Source of the DNA: a virus
DNA length: 64,000 nucleotides
Direction: 5' to 3' (one strand)
IMG/VR virus record: IMGVR_UViG_3300025108_000024
Span: 28,306 to 92,305 of that record
In this document: one piece after another, positions 1 through 9,906 of the stretch
How positions within the stretch are numbered: the stretch's first letter is position 1
Layout of the letters: each line of letters opens with the position of its first letter
Program-made: the position numbers and the translations under genes
Notes under the pieces: generated by a model
What the model was told of the DNA's origin: nothing
Databases searched by the model: none
Seen by the model: only the letters and a program-made list of their open reading frames with translations

Positions 1-2
1 TT

Positions 3-1889
3 TAATCCTTCATTAATTGTTTTAACAAGATCATCAAGTTGCTTTTCTCTTTCTTCTCTCTTTTTTGCAAATTCTTCTTTATTAAAAACACGGTTGAATG
101 TATCAGGTGCAACATTATATATAAGTTTGTTTCCACCACCTAATATACCACCTGTTGCAAAACCAGACATAAATACTTCAAAACCTTGTGCAGACATTTG
201 ACTCTGTATTGCACTATCTAAAGAAGCATTATATAAATATCTTTTATTAGCAGCTGGATCTTTTATCAAACCAGAATAATAATCAACAACACCAACCTGC
301 ATTGCTTCTTGATAAAGTTCCTGAACACCTTCTGATATGTTACCAGCAAAAAATCTTAATGCACCCTGTGCTCCAAACCTTACATAATCACCAAAGTTAT
401 AAACCTCAGATCTCTGTCTCCAACCTTCTTTTGTCCAAAGTGATTTTTTTCTTCCTACTACATTCTCTTGTATCTTACCATTCTTTACAAACTTTTTAGT
501 TTGCATTATTTTTTTACCAGCAGCACCAAGATTATTATCTAAAACTCTCCTAAGCCCACGGCTAAATGGAGTTACCATTGCACCAAAAGTAACTCTGTTT
601 GTTAAATAGATTAGACCTGCATTACCTTTAAGCGTTGTAAAAGCACCAGCGGCTGCTTGTTCTTGTATATCTTTTAACTGTTTTTCTGATAAATCAGTAT
701 TACCATTTTTAAACTGTTCTATAGCCATACCATTGCTTACTAAATCATTGTAAACAAAACCAGCTTCTAACCTAGACTCATCTAATGCTAGATCAATCAT
801 TCTCATATCTCTATAAAAACCACCAAAACCTGCAGCAGCTTTACCAAACTTACCCAAGCCATTAGCTACATCTTTTGTTCTATCAAAAGATCTTAATGCT
901 TGCATTGTTTCAGGTAGAAAGATTCTACCAACAACATTTTTCCCAGTTCCAAAAGCAGTCCAAAAATCTCTTGCTTTTTCTGCACTTTTTAAAGTCTTTA
1001 CCATTTGGTAACCACCATTAAACATTCTACCTACAGAAGTAGCATTACCCATTTGCCTCATTGTACGAAGCATCTTTGCAAATCTTCCTGCATTATAAAC
1101 AGATCTTGCTGCAGCAGCAGTACCTGTAGCAGCCGCTGCCGCACCAGATACACCAAATGTAGCTGGAGTTGCTGCAGTCAAAGCAGCTGTTGCTCCCCAC
1201 ATTGCTAGCTCTTCAGCTGCAATACTACTCATAATACTTATACTGTAAGCACTATTTAAAGCAAATCTATTAAATGCACCACCAAAACCTTCAGAGCTAT
1301 CATTACCTATTCTCATAGCTTCAGCCATGTCTACTGCAGCTTCTGTATCTGGATCACTGTCAAATAAATCAAAAACACCTTGGTTGTTATTGTCAAACAG
1401 GGCATCGGATAAACCAAAGAAAGAAAAACCTGGAGCAAAGTTTTTTCCAAATTGACCCATAGATCTTGAAAAGTTATCTACCCAATCAGAATTTTCATTA
1501 TAAAACTCTTCATTATTTCTTGTAGGACTAAAGCCTAATCTATGATATTGAGGATGTGCATAAAAGTGATCAAAGTTTGTATTTCTAATACTAAATGCTT
1601 CTCTTGGTTTTACATCTCTTTGTGTTGGTTTATCAAAAACTTTGTTAGCAGCAAACCAATCATCAGGATCTATTGCTGTTTGTGTTTGTGATGTAGCTTT
1701 ATTAGTAACAGGTGATCCCATATAAGGAGCAATCGTTGTTACCATATCAAGATATTCATCATCAACTGACATCAAGTAATCAGGATCATAACCTAATTCT
1801 AATATATCTGCTGGCTCCATTGAGGCAGAGTTGTCTACTATATTGTTAGATGTAGGTTCACTTAATGGGCTATCAAAGTTGTTCTCCAT
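3..1889 (-). CDS. N-terminal part of a very large virion ejection/cargo protein (possibly the virion RNA polymerase-associated giant protein); runs off the left edge
   Basis: ATG at 1889 (MENNFDSPLSEP...); no stop seen in the portion I translated; Ala/Gly-rich hydrophobic segment (LAMWGATAALTAATPATFGVSGAAAAATGTAAAA); follows three cargo-like genes as in crAss-like phages; absent from the ORF track, consistent with no stop inside the window. Confidence 0.7.
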   Translation of the reverse strand, partial: MENNFDSPLSEPTSNNIVDNSASMEPADILELGYDPDYLMSVDDEYLDMVTTIAPYMGSPVTNKATSQTQTAIDPDDWFAANKVFDKPTQRDVKPREAFSIRNTNFDHFYAHPQYHRLGFSPTRNNEEFYNENSDWVDNFSRSMGQFGKNFAPGFSFFGLSDALFDNNNQGVFDLFDSDPDTEAAVDMAEAMRIGNDSSEGFGGAFNRFALNSAYSISIMSSIAAEELAMWGATAALTAATPATFGVSGAAAAATGTAAAARSVYNAGRFAKMLRTMRQMGNATSVGRMFNGGYQMVKTLKSAEKARDFWTAFGTGKNVVGRIFLPETMQALRSFDRTKDVANGLGKFGKAAAGFGGFYRDMRMIDLALDESRLEAGFVYNDLVSNGMAIEQFKNGNTDLSEKQLKDIQEQAAAGAFTTLKGNAGLIYLTNRVTFGAMVTPFSRGLRRVLDNNLGAAGKKIMQTKKFVKNGKIQENVVGRKKSLWTKEGWRQRSEVYNFGDYVRFGAQGALRFFAGNISEGVQELYQEAMQVGVVDYYSGLIKDPAANKRYLYNASLDSAIQSQMSAQGFEVFMSGFATGGILGGGNKLIYNVAPDTFNRVFNKEEFAKKREEREKQLDDLVKTINEGL

Positions 1890-1912
1890 GTCTAAATATT
1901 CTTAAAATTGGT

Positions 1913-4900
1913 TTATTTTTTATTTCTCTTATTGATAAGTGCTTGATTAGATTCAAATGTTTCCATAAGTCTAACGTTTTGCATGAAATCAGCAACTTGC
2001 TGTATGTCAGCTCTTGTAACAGGTTGACCATATCTATCTCCATATGATTGTGGATAAACAACTTTTCTTGTTCCTAAAGTATTTGTTACAAAACCATTTA
2101 CAGCTTTAGGATCATCAGGAGCATATATCTGTTCTTCTATTGAAGTTACATAACTATCTCCGTCTTTCCAAATCTTAAATGAACCAGCTTCTGGTACGTT
2201 TCTATAATAAGAACCTGTAAAGTCTATATCTGTATCAACTGAATTATATGTATATTGACTTTGTCCATACCCACTTACATCTTGATCTGAGTTGACCAAT
2301 ACTGTTACAGTTGAATATAATTCTTTTTCTTGCTTTCCAATTATACCTGTACCTGGTGCATTATCTCCAACTAACCCTACAGATTTATTCATGGCTGTTT
2401 GATCAAATCTAATCACATAAGCACCTTGGCTTTGATCACCACCTTGAGCACCATATGCATCAATATATGTTACAGTAAACAAACCTTTCTTATCATCAGC
2501 CGCTATACCTGCACTTAAATCCATCATACTTTGATTGACCATTTTTTGTGCTTTACTACCAGTTGCTTCTATTCTTTCATTTAAATCATCTTGATCAACA
2601 GTCTTAACATCACCAGCTAAAAACTGAACTCCTCCAGCATTTAATTGACTAATGAAATCACTTAAAACAACTCTCTGTTCTCCCGGCATATTAGCAAGTG
2701 TTTTAGGAGATACTAAACCTGTAGTATATGTATTAGACATAAAAGCAGTTTCATCTGTCATAAGATTAGCTGAACCACCTCTCATCAAAGTATGAATACC
2801 ATATGCTTGATAACCAGGTTCTACATCTTGAGGATTATCTCCTGCTCTTGATTGATCATAATTATAGAATCCATTTAAGGTTCTATTCATTGCATTGTAT
2901 TGTCTTGAGTATGCTTCCTTAGCCGATTCTGTAGCCCACTTTTCATCAAAGTACTGTTTACCAGTAGCATATGCACCACCTCCCATACCTGGACCATAAT
3001 AGATATTAGAATTTGCATACTCCATTCTATAAAAGGTTTCATCTATACGTGTTTTATCTGTAAATTTCTTTTCACGTGCTTTTTCAACTGCTATCTTTAC
3101 ATATTCATCTTCAGTAAGAACTTTATTATCCTTTATTATACTAGGAGCACCATACTCCTCAATGTCTTCAATAATCTCTGGTACACCTGTTGTATTTTTA
3201 AAATTTAACAACTTAGAATAATTCTCAGAAGCTCTTTTATTAAATTCCTTTTCTGCATTTACTATTCTACTTGCTAAACCAGATGTAGTATTTATTTGAT
3301 TTTTTATAACTAACGCATCTCTTGTAGATATACCAGGTGCATATTTTTTTCTATCTTCTTCTGTTGCAAAATTGTTTGATATGGTTTCATACTTAGAATT
3401 TAAAAAAGCTTGATTCTCTGGCTTTCTTAATATTTCTCTTGCTTCATTAATAGTATAAGCTTTGTCACCATTTGGACCCGGTATGTTAATTGTTTCAGGT
3501 TTTCCATTCATACCAAGAGATGCTTGATCTTTTTGATGAAAATATAATAAAGTTTCTATTTGATCATTTCTTACTTTATCTTGAGCATCTCCTAACTCTG
3601 CATTTTTTTGTGCGTAAATATCAGTATCTGCATTTGGATTACCATCTGCATCTGTATTAAATGCTACATTACCTGATAAGCCACCACTAAAATTATCTAA
3701 TGCTTTTTTTATTGCTGGATCAATATAAGCACCAGCTGCCTTTAATTCATTTATTCTATTTAATCTATTCTCCTCTGCTTTAAACGCATTATTCTGAGCA
3801 TCTCTAATCATATTAAGTTTATGTCTTTCTATATCTCTTTGAAAGTCATTTACCATAGGAACTCTTTTGGCTCCTTGCATAGAGTAAGATTTAGCAGCTG
3901 CTCTTAAATCATCACTAATATTCCAATTCATTAAAGAACCATAGGCTCTGTTTAAAAGACTTTCTTCATCCGTAGTAAGTTGTCCCATCTTTTCAACCAA
4001 CTCAGAATTAGCAGTAGCTTGTTCTTCTACTTCTTGTCTCTCAGTCATCACATCTAAATAAGAGTCCTTTTCTATTTGTGTTAGATTTTCTTCTCCTACT
4101 TCTTTTATTCTATTTTCATGCTTTTGTCTAAGCTCATCTAATTCTTTACTCTTTCCTTCAAACTGAAGTTGTAGTTCGTTAGCTTTAAAAGTAATATCAG
4201 AAATTGTGTTCTCAGCCCAAGCAACTCTACCTTCATTGATTGTAGAATATTGCCCAGCTTCAACTCCTCTTTCTGCATGTCTTCTTGCTTGTACGTAACT
4301 ATCTGCAGCATATGCTTGTTGTACTTTACCATTTGTTGCTAAAGCTCTTTTAACTCTATCATATGAAGCATCATATATTAAACTACCATTTGTTTGTTTA
4401 ATAATAAACTTCTTGTCTTTTGTAAAATAAAAATCTTCTGCCTCAATACCTGATTCCTTAAGATAATCTAATGCCATATCATACAGGTTGGCATTAGCTA
4501 CATACTTAGGCATTGGTTTATTCATAGCTTCCTCTGGGCTTGCATTAATAAAATCATCCATTTGATAATTCATATAATCAATACCTGTCTGCCAATATTG
4601 TTGACTAGCTTTTAAATTTGGAGCATCCAATAAACTTTGAGCCCTGCCTAATTCTCCTTTATACTTAGCAGTTCTATATATGTCTTGTTGGATTAGTTTG
4701 TTTTCTATAAATGGATTAAACACACCTTTTGCTGCATCTACATTTTTACCTATAGATAAATCCATATCTGCAATTTTATTAATAGAGGGCACAAGCTTAT
4801 CAGCAAATTGATCTCTCTGTGCTTTAGTGTCTTCTCTACTCATATCGGCATAAATCACACTGCCATATAAATCATTTAATTGCTTGTAGTTGGTATCATA

Positions 4901-5005
4901 TCTATCCTGTCTTGTACTTAAAACAGCTTGAGCAAACTTAAAGTCTGGTTCAAAAGCTGTGTACTCCGGTGTATATGATTCTATTCCTGGTATATAAGTT
5001 GCCAT
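1913..5005 (-). CDS. Ejection/cargo protein (1030 aa, coiled-coil rich)
   Basis: Long ORF, helical/coiled-coil composition, located between tail genes and the giant protein as in Crassvirales. Confidence 0.6.
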   Translation of the reverse strand: MATYIPGIESYTPEYTAFEPDFKFAQAVLSTRQDRYDTNYKQLNDLYGSVIYADMSREDTKAQRDQFADKLVPSINKIADMDLSIGKNVDAAKGVFNPFIENKLIQQDIYRTAKYKGELGRAQSLLDAPNLKASQQYWQTGIDYMNYQMDDFINASPEEAMNKPMPKYVANANLYDMALDYLKESGIEAEDFYFTKDKKFIIKQTNGSLIYDASYDRVKRALATNGKVQQAYAADSYVQARRHAERGVEAGQYSTINEGRVAWAENTISDITFKANELQLQFEGKSKELDELRQKHENRIKEVGEENLTQIEKDSYLDVMTERQEVEEQATANSELVEKMGQLTTDEESLLNRAYGSLMNWNISDDLRAAAKSYSMQGAKRVPMVNDFQRDIERHKLNMIRDAQNNAFKAEENRLNRINELKAAGAYIDPAIKKALDNFSGGLSGNVAFNTDADGNPNADTDIYAQKNAELGDAQDKVRNDQIETLLYFHQKDQASLGMNGKPETINIPGPNGDKAYTINEAREILRKPENQAFLNSKYETISNNFATEEDRKKYAPGISTRDALVIKNQINTTSGLASRIVNAEKEFNKRASENYSKLLNFKNTTGVPEIIEDIEEYGAPSIIKDNKVLTEDEYVKIAVEKAREKKFTDKTRIDETFYRMEYANSNIYYGPGMGGGAYATGKQYFDEKWATESAKEAYSRQYNAMNRTLNGFYNYDQSRAGDNPQDVEPGYQAYGIHTLMRGGSANLMTDETAFMSNTYTTGLVSPKTLANMPGEQRVVLSDFISQLNAGGVQFLAGDVKTVDQDDLNERIEATGSKAQKMVNQSMMDLSAGIAADDKKGLFTVTYIDAYGAQGGDQSQGAYVIRFDQTAMNKSVGLVGDNAPGTGIIGKQEKELYSTVTVLVNSDQDVSGYGQSQYTYNSVDTDIDFTGSYYRNVPEAGSFKIWKDGDSYVTSIEEQIYAPDDPKAVNGFVTNTLGTRKVVYPQSYGDRYGQPVTRADIQQVADFMQNVRLMETFESNQALINKRNKK

Positions 5006-5064
5006 AGGTCTAAATTACTAAAATTTTTTAAGTTTTAAAAGGTTTTTCATTACACTTTTAGGGT

Positions 5065-7584
5065 TTACATTAACGTAGTCCCTGTATAAAATGGCGTTGC
5101 ATAAGGCTTTATTTCTTTACCATTTTTCCCTGTGGCACCATTAGCTGCATTAATTGCAGCTATCATCTCTGGAGTAATTCCCATTTGATTTGCTCTATTG
5201 CCACCAGGTACAACAGTACTTTCTGTAGCAACACCACTATCCATATACTTTAATAAGTCTCCCTTAAGACCTGATTCACCAAACTGATTATAAAGATCTT
5301 GTATGTTTGATAAACGTTGTTGTCTTAAAGCTTCTGCATTTTGCGTTTTAGAACCTTTTATTTTTCTACCATCTGTAAAGTCTATTGCTCCACCTGCTAC
5401 TGGATCAATATTAAACTGATCATAAAGACTATTTAGATTGTAAGCACGGTTTGCATTTGTTAATGCATCGGCTTGCCAATTCATAAAGTCATTCATGTCT
5501 TTATTTTTTTCATTTAATCTTTGTTGTTGTGCTACAACAGTACCATCATATTCAAAGTCTGTTCTCTTTGCATCCTCAAGATTAAAACGTGCATCTAATT
5601 GAGCATTCATTGCTTTACCTTGATTAATTGTACCAATATTAAATTTTTTATTTCTAGCAAATACATTTGCTGCATTCTTCATTCCCATACCAGATTGCTT
5701 TGCTAAACTAGCATCTAACCCTTGACGTCCCCCAAAAGAACCTAATACATTAGCAGCTATATTATACTTTTCATTAACATCTGCTATTTCTCTTGTTGGA
5801 TCATTTAGTACATAATCAACACGTGATCTTTCTAATTTTTTTCTGAATGGTTCAAAGTAATCTCTTTTTCTTAATCCAATAGCAGCTCCTTTATAAAGGT
5901 CTTGTGTATAGAAATCCATTTCAGGTTTTCTAAAGTCTTGTATTTCTTCTGGATCATCTAACTCTTCTACTTTCTTTTTCTCTTCCACTTCCTTTTCGTA
6001 AGGATCTATTTCAAAAGTTCCTGGTAATCTAGATGATGTCCAATCTCCAAGTTTACCATCTACTCCATTAGCTGAACCTTCTCCTCCAGGGAACCCCATG
6101 TTTTTTGTCATGTCAGTTCTCATTGCAAGAAGCTGATCTTCACTCATGGCTTTATAACCCTTTTCTATTCTTTCCTTCTCTATACTTGAAACAAACTCCG
6201 GTATATATGTATCATTAACATACTGTTGGAATGCTGCAACTTTTGGATTTCTTGCACCTGCAGGATAATCTTTTAATGAATCTACTATTTCTTGTATTTT
6301 ATCTTCTCCGTAAATAGGTCCCCACTTAGCTTGCCATGTTTCCATATTAGCAGAAGCCTTATCATAAAGACCCGTCTCTTTATCTAATCTTTGTCTACCT
6401 GGCATACTAGTAGTACCAAGCCCTGCAAAATCTACATGAATACCTTTTCCATCTAAAAGTTCAAAGTAACTTTGATCAATTGTATTTTTTCTTTTAGACT
6501 TAGGTGTTGATTTTGTAGGCTTTTTGGTTGTCTGTGCAGCAGGTGGATTTTCTTCCTCTTGTGAGCTACCGGATCCAGTAAATTGTTTCTTTATACCTGC
6601 CAATGTTTGATCTAAACCAGTTTTTCCATTTGCTTGATATGCATCTTTTGCTTGCTGTACCAGTTTGGCTATTGTCTCGTTATTTAATGCAGCGGGTGTA
6701 TTTAAAGTTATTAAAGTTTCAAAGTCCTCATCACTCTCCGGATCTCCAGCAATATCAGGTAGACTATCTTGAGCTTTTGGTAACATTTCTGCACCATACT
6801 TAGCTGTTGGCCCTTGACCACTTCTGCTGATTAAGTCTTGCATAGCTAACATTTGAGCTTGTTGTTCTGGGCTCATACCATCAAACATTCTTTGTGCTGC
6901 TTGCTCTCTTGTTATATTTTCTACCTTTTGTGTAAATTCTATAGGATCTATTCCTTGTGACATAAGATAAGGATGAGCTGTAACAGGAACACCATCACTA
7001 AACTGTTTCTTAGACTCTTGTCCAAAGGCTAGCTTAGATAAACTCATTTGATTTTTTTCTCTCATAAGTTCAGCACTCTTTAATTTAATGTCATCAATAA
7101 AAGGATCACTCATTGCACCAATGAATTCATTTAATTGAAACTTTTTTGATACATCTGCTGGAGTCATTTTTTTTCTAGATTCTACACCAAACTCTGCAAG
7201 CTCTTGTCTGTTGAACTTCATCTTTTGTGTATCAGAAAAAATAAATGACTGTTCTGGTAAGTACATAGGGACACCGCCACTACTATGTCTTGGACCAGTT
7301 ATATTATAAAGACCAAATTTGCCATCATCACTTAAATCTGTAAGAACTGTTTCACCACCTTCAGCTTCAAGATTTGCCATTTCTCTAGGAACAGAAGATA
7401 ATGAATATCTTACACCATCACTATTGGTGCCATTAGAGTTCATACCATATCCTTCTTGAGAAGTAACTAAACCAAAATCAAACTGATCTCCAGTAGTTAA
7501 ACCACCGCGTTGTAGTTTTTTTACAACCTTACCATCTTTAAGTTCAAAACCTTTGGGTAAACTATTTATTTTAATCTTTGCCAT
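5065..7584 (-). CDS. Ejection/cargo protein (839 aa)
   Basis: N-terminal EAEGGETV...GPRHSSGGV motif pair, which I recognise from Bacteroidota phage virion proteins; Q/M-rich; synteny. Confidence 0.6.
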   Translation of the reverse strand: MAKIKINSLPKGFELKDGKVVKKLQRGGLTTGDQFDFGLVTSQEGYGMNSNGTNSDGVRYSLSSVPREMANLEAEGGETVLTDLSDDGKFGLYNITGPRHSSGGVPMYLPEQSFIFSDTQKMKFNRQELAEFGVESRKKMTPADVSKKFQLNEFIGAMSDPFIDDIKLKSAELMREKNQMSLSKLAFGQESKKQFSDGVPVTAHPYLMSQGIDPIEFTQKVENITREQAAQRMFDGMSPEQQAQMLAMQDLISRSGQGPTAKYGAEMLPKAQDSLPDIAGDPESDEDFETLITLNTPAALNNETIAKLVQQAKDAYQANGKTGLDQTLAGIKKQFTGSGSSQEEENPPAAQTTKKPTKSTPKSKRKNTIDQSYFELLDGKGIHVDFAGLGTTSMPGRQRLDKETGLYDKASANMETWQAKWGPIYGEDKIQEIVDSLKDYPAGARNPKVAAFQQYVNDTYIPEFVSSIEKERIEKGYKAMSEDQLLAMRTDMTKNMGFPGGEGSANGVDGKLGDWTSSRLPGTFEIDPYEKEVEEKKKVEELDDPEEIQDFRKPEMDFYTQDLYKGAAIGLRKRDYFEPFRKKLERSRVDYVLNDPTREIADVNEKYNIAANVLGSFGGRQGLDASLAKQSGMGMKNAANVFARNKKFNIGTINQGKAMNAQLDARFNLEDAKRTDFEYDGTVVAQQQRLNEKNKDMNDFMNWQADALTNANRAYNLNSLYDQFNIDPVAGGAIDFTDGRKIKGSKTQNAEALRQQRLSNIQDLYNQFGESGLKGDLLKYMDSGVATESTVVPGGNRANQMGITPEMIAAINAANGATGKNGKEIKPYATPFYTGTTLM

Positions 7585-7586
7585 AA

Positions 7587-9860
7587 TTATAATATTTCTA
7601 TATCAGCACCTGCTGCTATTAATGCAGCTAATGTATCATTATCAACTTCTATTTCTCCACCACCTTGCATTTCATCTTTATGAAGATAACCTAGTTTCTT
7701 CATTCTTTCATGATCAGCTGGTTCATTGGCTTTATATCCTTTACCTGTTTTAGGATCAAACATCATATGTGCTTCAAACTCACCACCTTTTTTTAGTTCA
7801 GCACCATATCTTGTAAGTTGTTGAGCATAAGCATCTACAAGCATATCATTTTCATTCAGACCATATTGATCTGTTGTCCCTCTTTTATTTAGTGGATTTT
7901 CAACTGTAGCAAAAATGTCATCTGCACCAAAGCCACGTAGCTCTTTATCCCGTTTTTTTGCTTTGTTTTCTGCATATATTTCATTTGCAAGGTTACTTGC
8001 CTTAACAAGGAAATTAGCACCTGCCCCAACGGCTTGAACTGTAGGATCGTTCTTTATAAAGTTCTGAGCCTTTTTTATACCTGTCCCTATACTTCTATTT
8101 CTTTCTACAGTTGGAGTTGTAGCTTGTAGATCTAAAGTTGCTTCAGCAGTTGCTTCATCTACATATGGGGGTGTTGTTGTTTGATCTGTATTTGATTTTT
8201 TACCTGCTTGTAATTGAGCGTCTTTAACAATTTGAGTATCTCTTTTATAATCAGTCATGGGATTAAAGTAATTACTAAAATCCCCTGATTCTAAAATATT
8301 TTTTCCAAAAAGACCTTGTTGTTCTTGAAAAGGTGTTGGCCCCATAGGAGAATCTGATGGTATGTTTAAATTATTTAAAAAGCTCATGTCTGGTAAACTA
8401 TATTGAGCTTTTGGTAATAGTCCACCGTATTTTTTGTTTTCTAACATTTCCATGACAGACTTAGCTTTATCTTCTATAAAAGGTGCTGCTTTGTCATTTA
8501 TAAAAGACTTAGCTCCATTAACACCATTATTAAAAAAGGCTCCTAACTTAGACATTGCTTCTTCAAGATCTGATTTTGATGGAGCTTCTGGTTGACTTGG
8601 TGTATCATTTAAATAATTGTTATAGTCTTGCTTTGCAGTACCAGTCATTCTTGTAACTGGATCTTTCATAGCCCATTCCTTAAACGTTAGTTTTGAATCA
8701 GTACTTAAAATGCTTTTGTCCTTTTCTAGAATACTAGTATTGGTATCCTCAACTGGAACTGCGTCTGTAACACCACTATAAATAAAGGGATTATCATTAC
8801 TCATAGATTTATTACCCAACATTAAATCTTTGTAGTCTGCTTTCTTATTTTCTAATTGTTCTTTAGACAATGTACTACCATCATAGCTTGATCTGTTAAG
8901 ATTAAGACCTTGATCAGAATCATATTTTTTAGATGCTAGCATCATTTCTAAATCAGTAAGATCCGTGGTTTTTAAATTTTCTACTACATTATTGTATGTA
9001 TTGTCAAAATTAAGTTTCTTTTTTTGATCTTTACCTAATAGCTTGTAGTCTTCTTCACTGCTTGCATTTATTGATTCATATTTTTTAGTGTCCGTATTAA
9101 AATCTAATAAGCTGTATTTTTGTAAATCACTATTAAACTGATCATTAGTTCTTAAAGTATTATTTGTTAAATCTGTAAAGTTTAAATTATAATCTTCAAT
9201 GTTAGAACCATTGCTATTTATAGTAAATTCATTTAATGCTTCTTGGCTTCTTTTAAACCTAGCTCTTTTAGCTCCCATATCACTAAAAGCACCATCTCTT
9301 AAACCATCTCCGTTTAAGTCTTTTGTTCCAAATAAATCACCAGCTGCATCATCTAATAACATAGCAGCTCCCATAAGATTACCTGTTGCTGCTACAGGTG
9401 GTAAGTATAATGGTCTACGTGGTTGACCTGAACCAAAGAGAGGACCTCTTCCACTATTACCACTACCACCAAATTGCATTTGAGGTTGACTTGTGCTTTG
9501 TGCAGCTTGTTTAGCCATCTCAATAATACTTTCTTGGCTTGGAGCTTGATCATTAGGATCTTGCTGTTGCTGAGGTTGTTGAAGCTGCTGTTCTTGTTGT
9601 TGTTGTTGTTGTAAATTTTGTTTCTCTAAAATTTCTGCTGATTGAAATAAATCAACAACTGCACTTGGTGAATAACCAACTGCTTCAAGTACTTGACTCA
9701 TTTGAGAAGCCTCTACACCTTCAGCCATTAACTTAATTATAATTTCTTCAGGAGTCTGACCATCATTAGCCATCATCTTAAATTCATCATAAATAGGTTG
9801 TATAGCAACATTAATTGATTGCTGATCTCTGCTGTCTACACTTTTATTGTTTAAATCCAT
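7587..9860 (-). CDS. Ejection/cargo protein (757 aa, poly-Q, repeated MQxGG-type motifs)
   Basis: Low-complexity Q-rich ORF; shares the LPKAQxSLPD block with the 5065-7584 protein. Confidence 0.55.
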   Translation of the reverse strand: MDLNNKSVDSRDQQSINVAIQPIYDEFKMMANDGQTPEEIIIKLMAEGVEASQMSQVLEAVGYSPSAVVDLFQSAEILEKQNLQQQQQQEQQLQQPQQQQDPNDQAPSQESIIEMAKQAAQSTSQPQMQFGGSGNSGRGPLFGSGQPRRPLYLPPVAATGNLMGAAMLLDDAAGDLFGTKDLNGDGLRDGAFSDMGAKRARFKRSQEALNEFTINSNGSNIEDYNLNFTDLTNNTLRTNDQFNSDLQKYSLLDFNTDTKKYESINASSEEDYKLLGKDQKKKLNFDNTYNNVVENLKTTDLTDLEMMLASKKYDSDQGLNLNRSSYDGSTLSKEQLENKKADYKDLMLGNKSMSNDNPFIYSGVTDAVPVEDTNTSILEKDKSILSTDSKLTFKEWAMKDPVTRMTGTAKQDYNNYLNDTPSQPEAPSKSDLEEAMSKLGAFFNNGVNGAKSFINDKAAPFIEDKAKSVMEMLENKKYGGLLPKAQYSLPDMSFLNNLNIPSDSPMGPTPFQEQQGLFGKNILESGDFSNYFNPMTDYKRDTQIVKDAQLQAGKKSNTDQTTTPPYVDEATAEATLDLQATTPTVERNRSIGTGIKKAQNFIKNDPTVQAVGAGANFLVKASNLANEIYAENKAKKRDKELRGFGADDIFATVENPLNKRGTTDQYGLNENDMLVDAYAQQLTRYGAELKKGGEFEAHMMFDPKTGKGYKANEPADHERMKKLGYLHKDEMQGGGEIEVDNDTLAALIAAGADIEIL

Positions 9861-9880
9861 TGCCTATATAGTATAACATT

Positions 9881-9890
9881 AATATACAAA
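9881..9890 (-). promoter_or_regulatory. Late promoter motif TTTGTATATT (copy upstream of the cargo genes)
   Basis: One of six exact intergenic, co-oriented copies. Confidence 0.7.
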
Positions 9891-9906
9891 TAATTGAGGA
9901 GAATGC

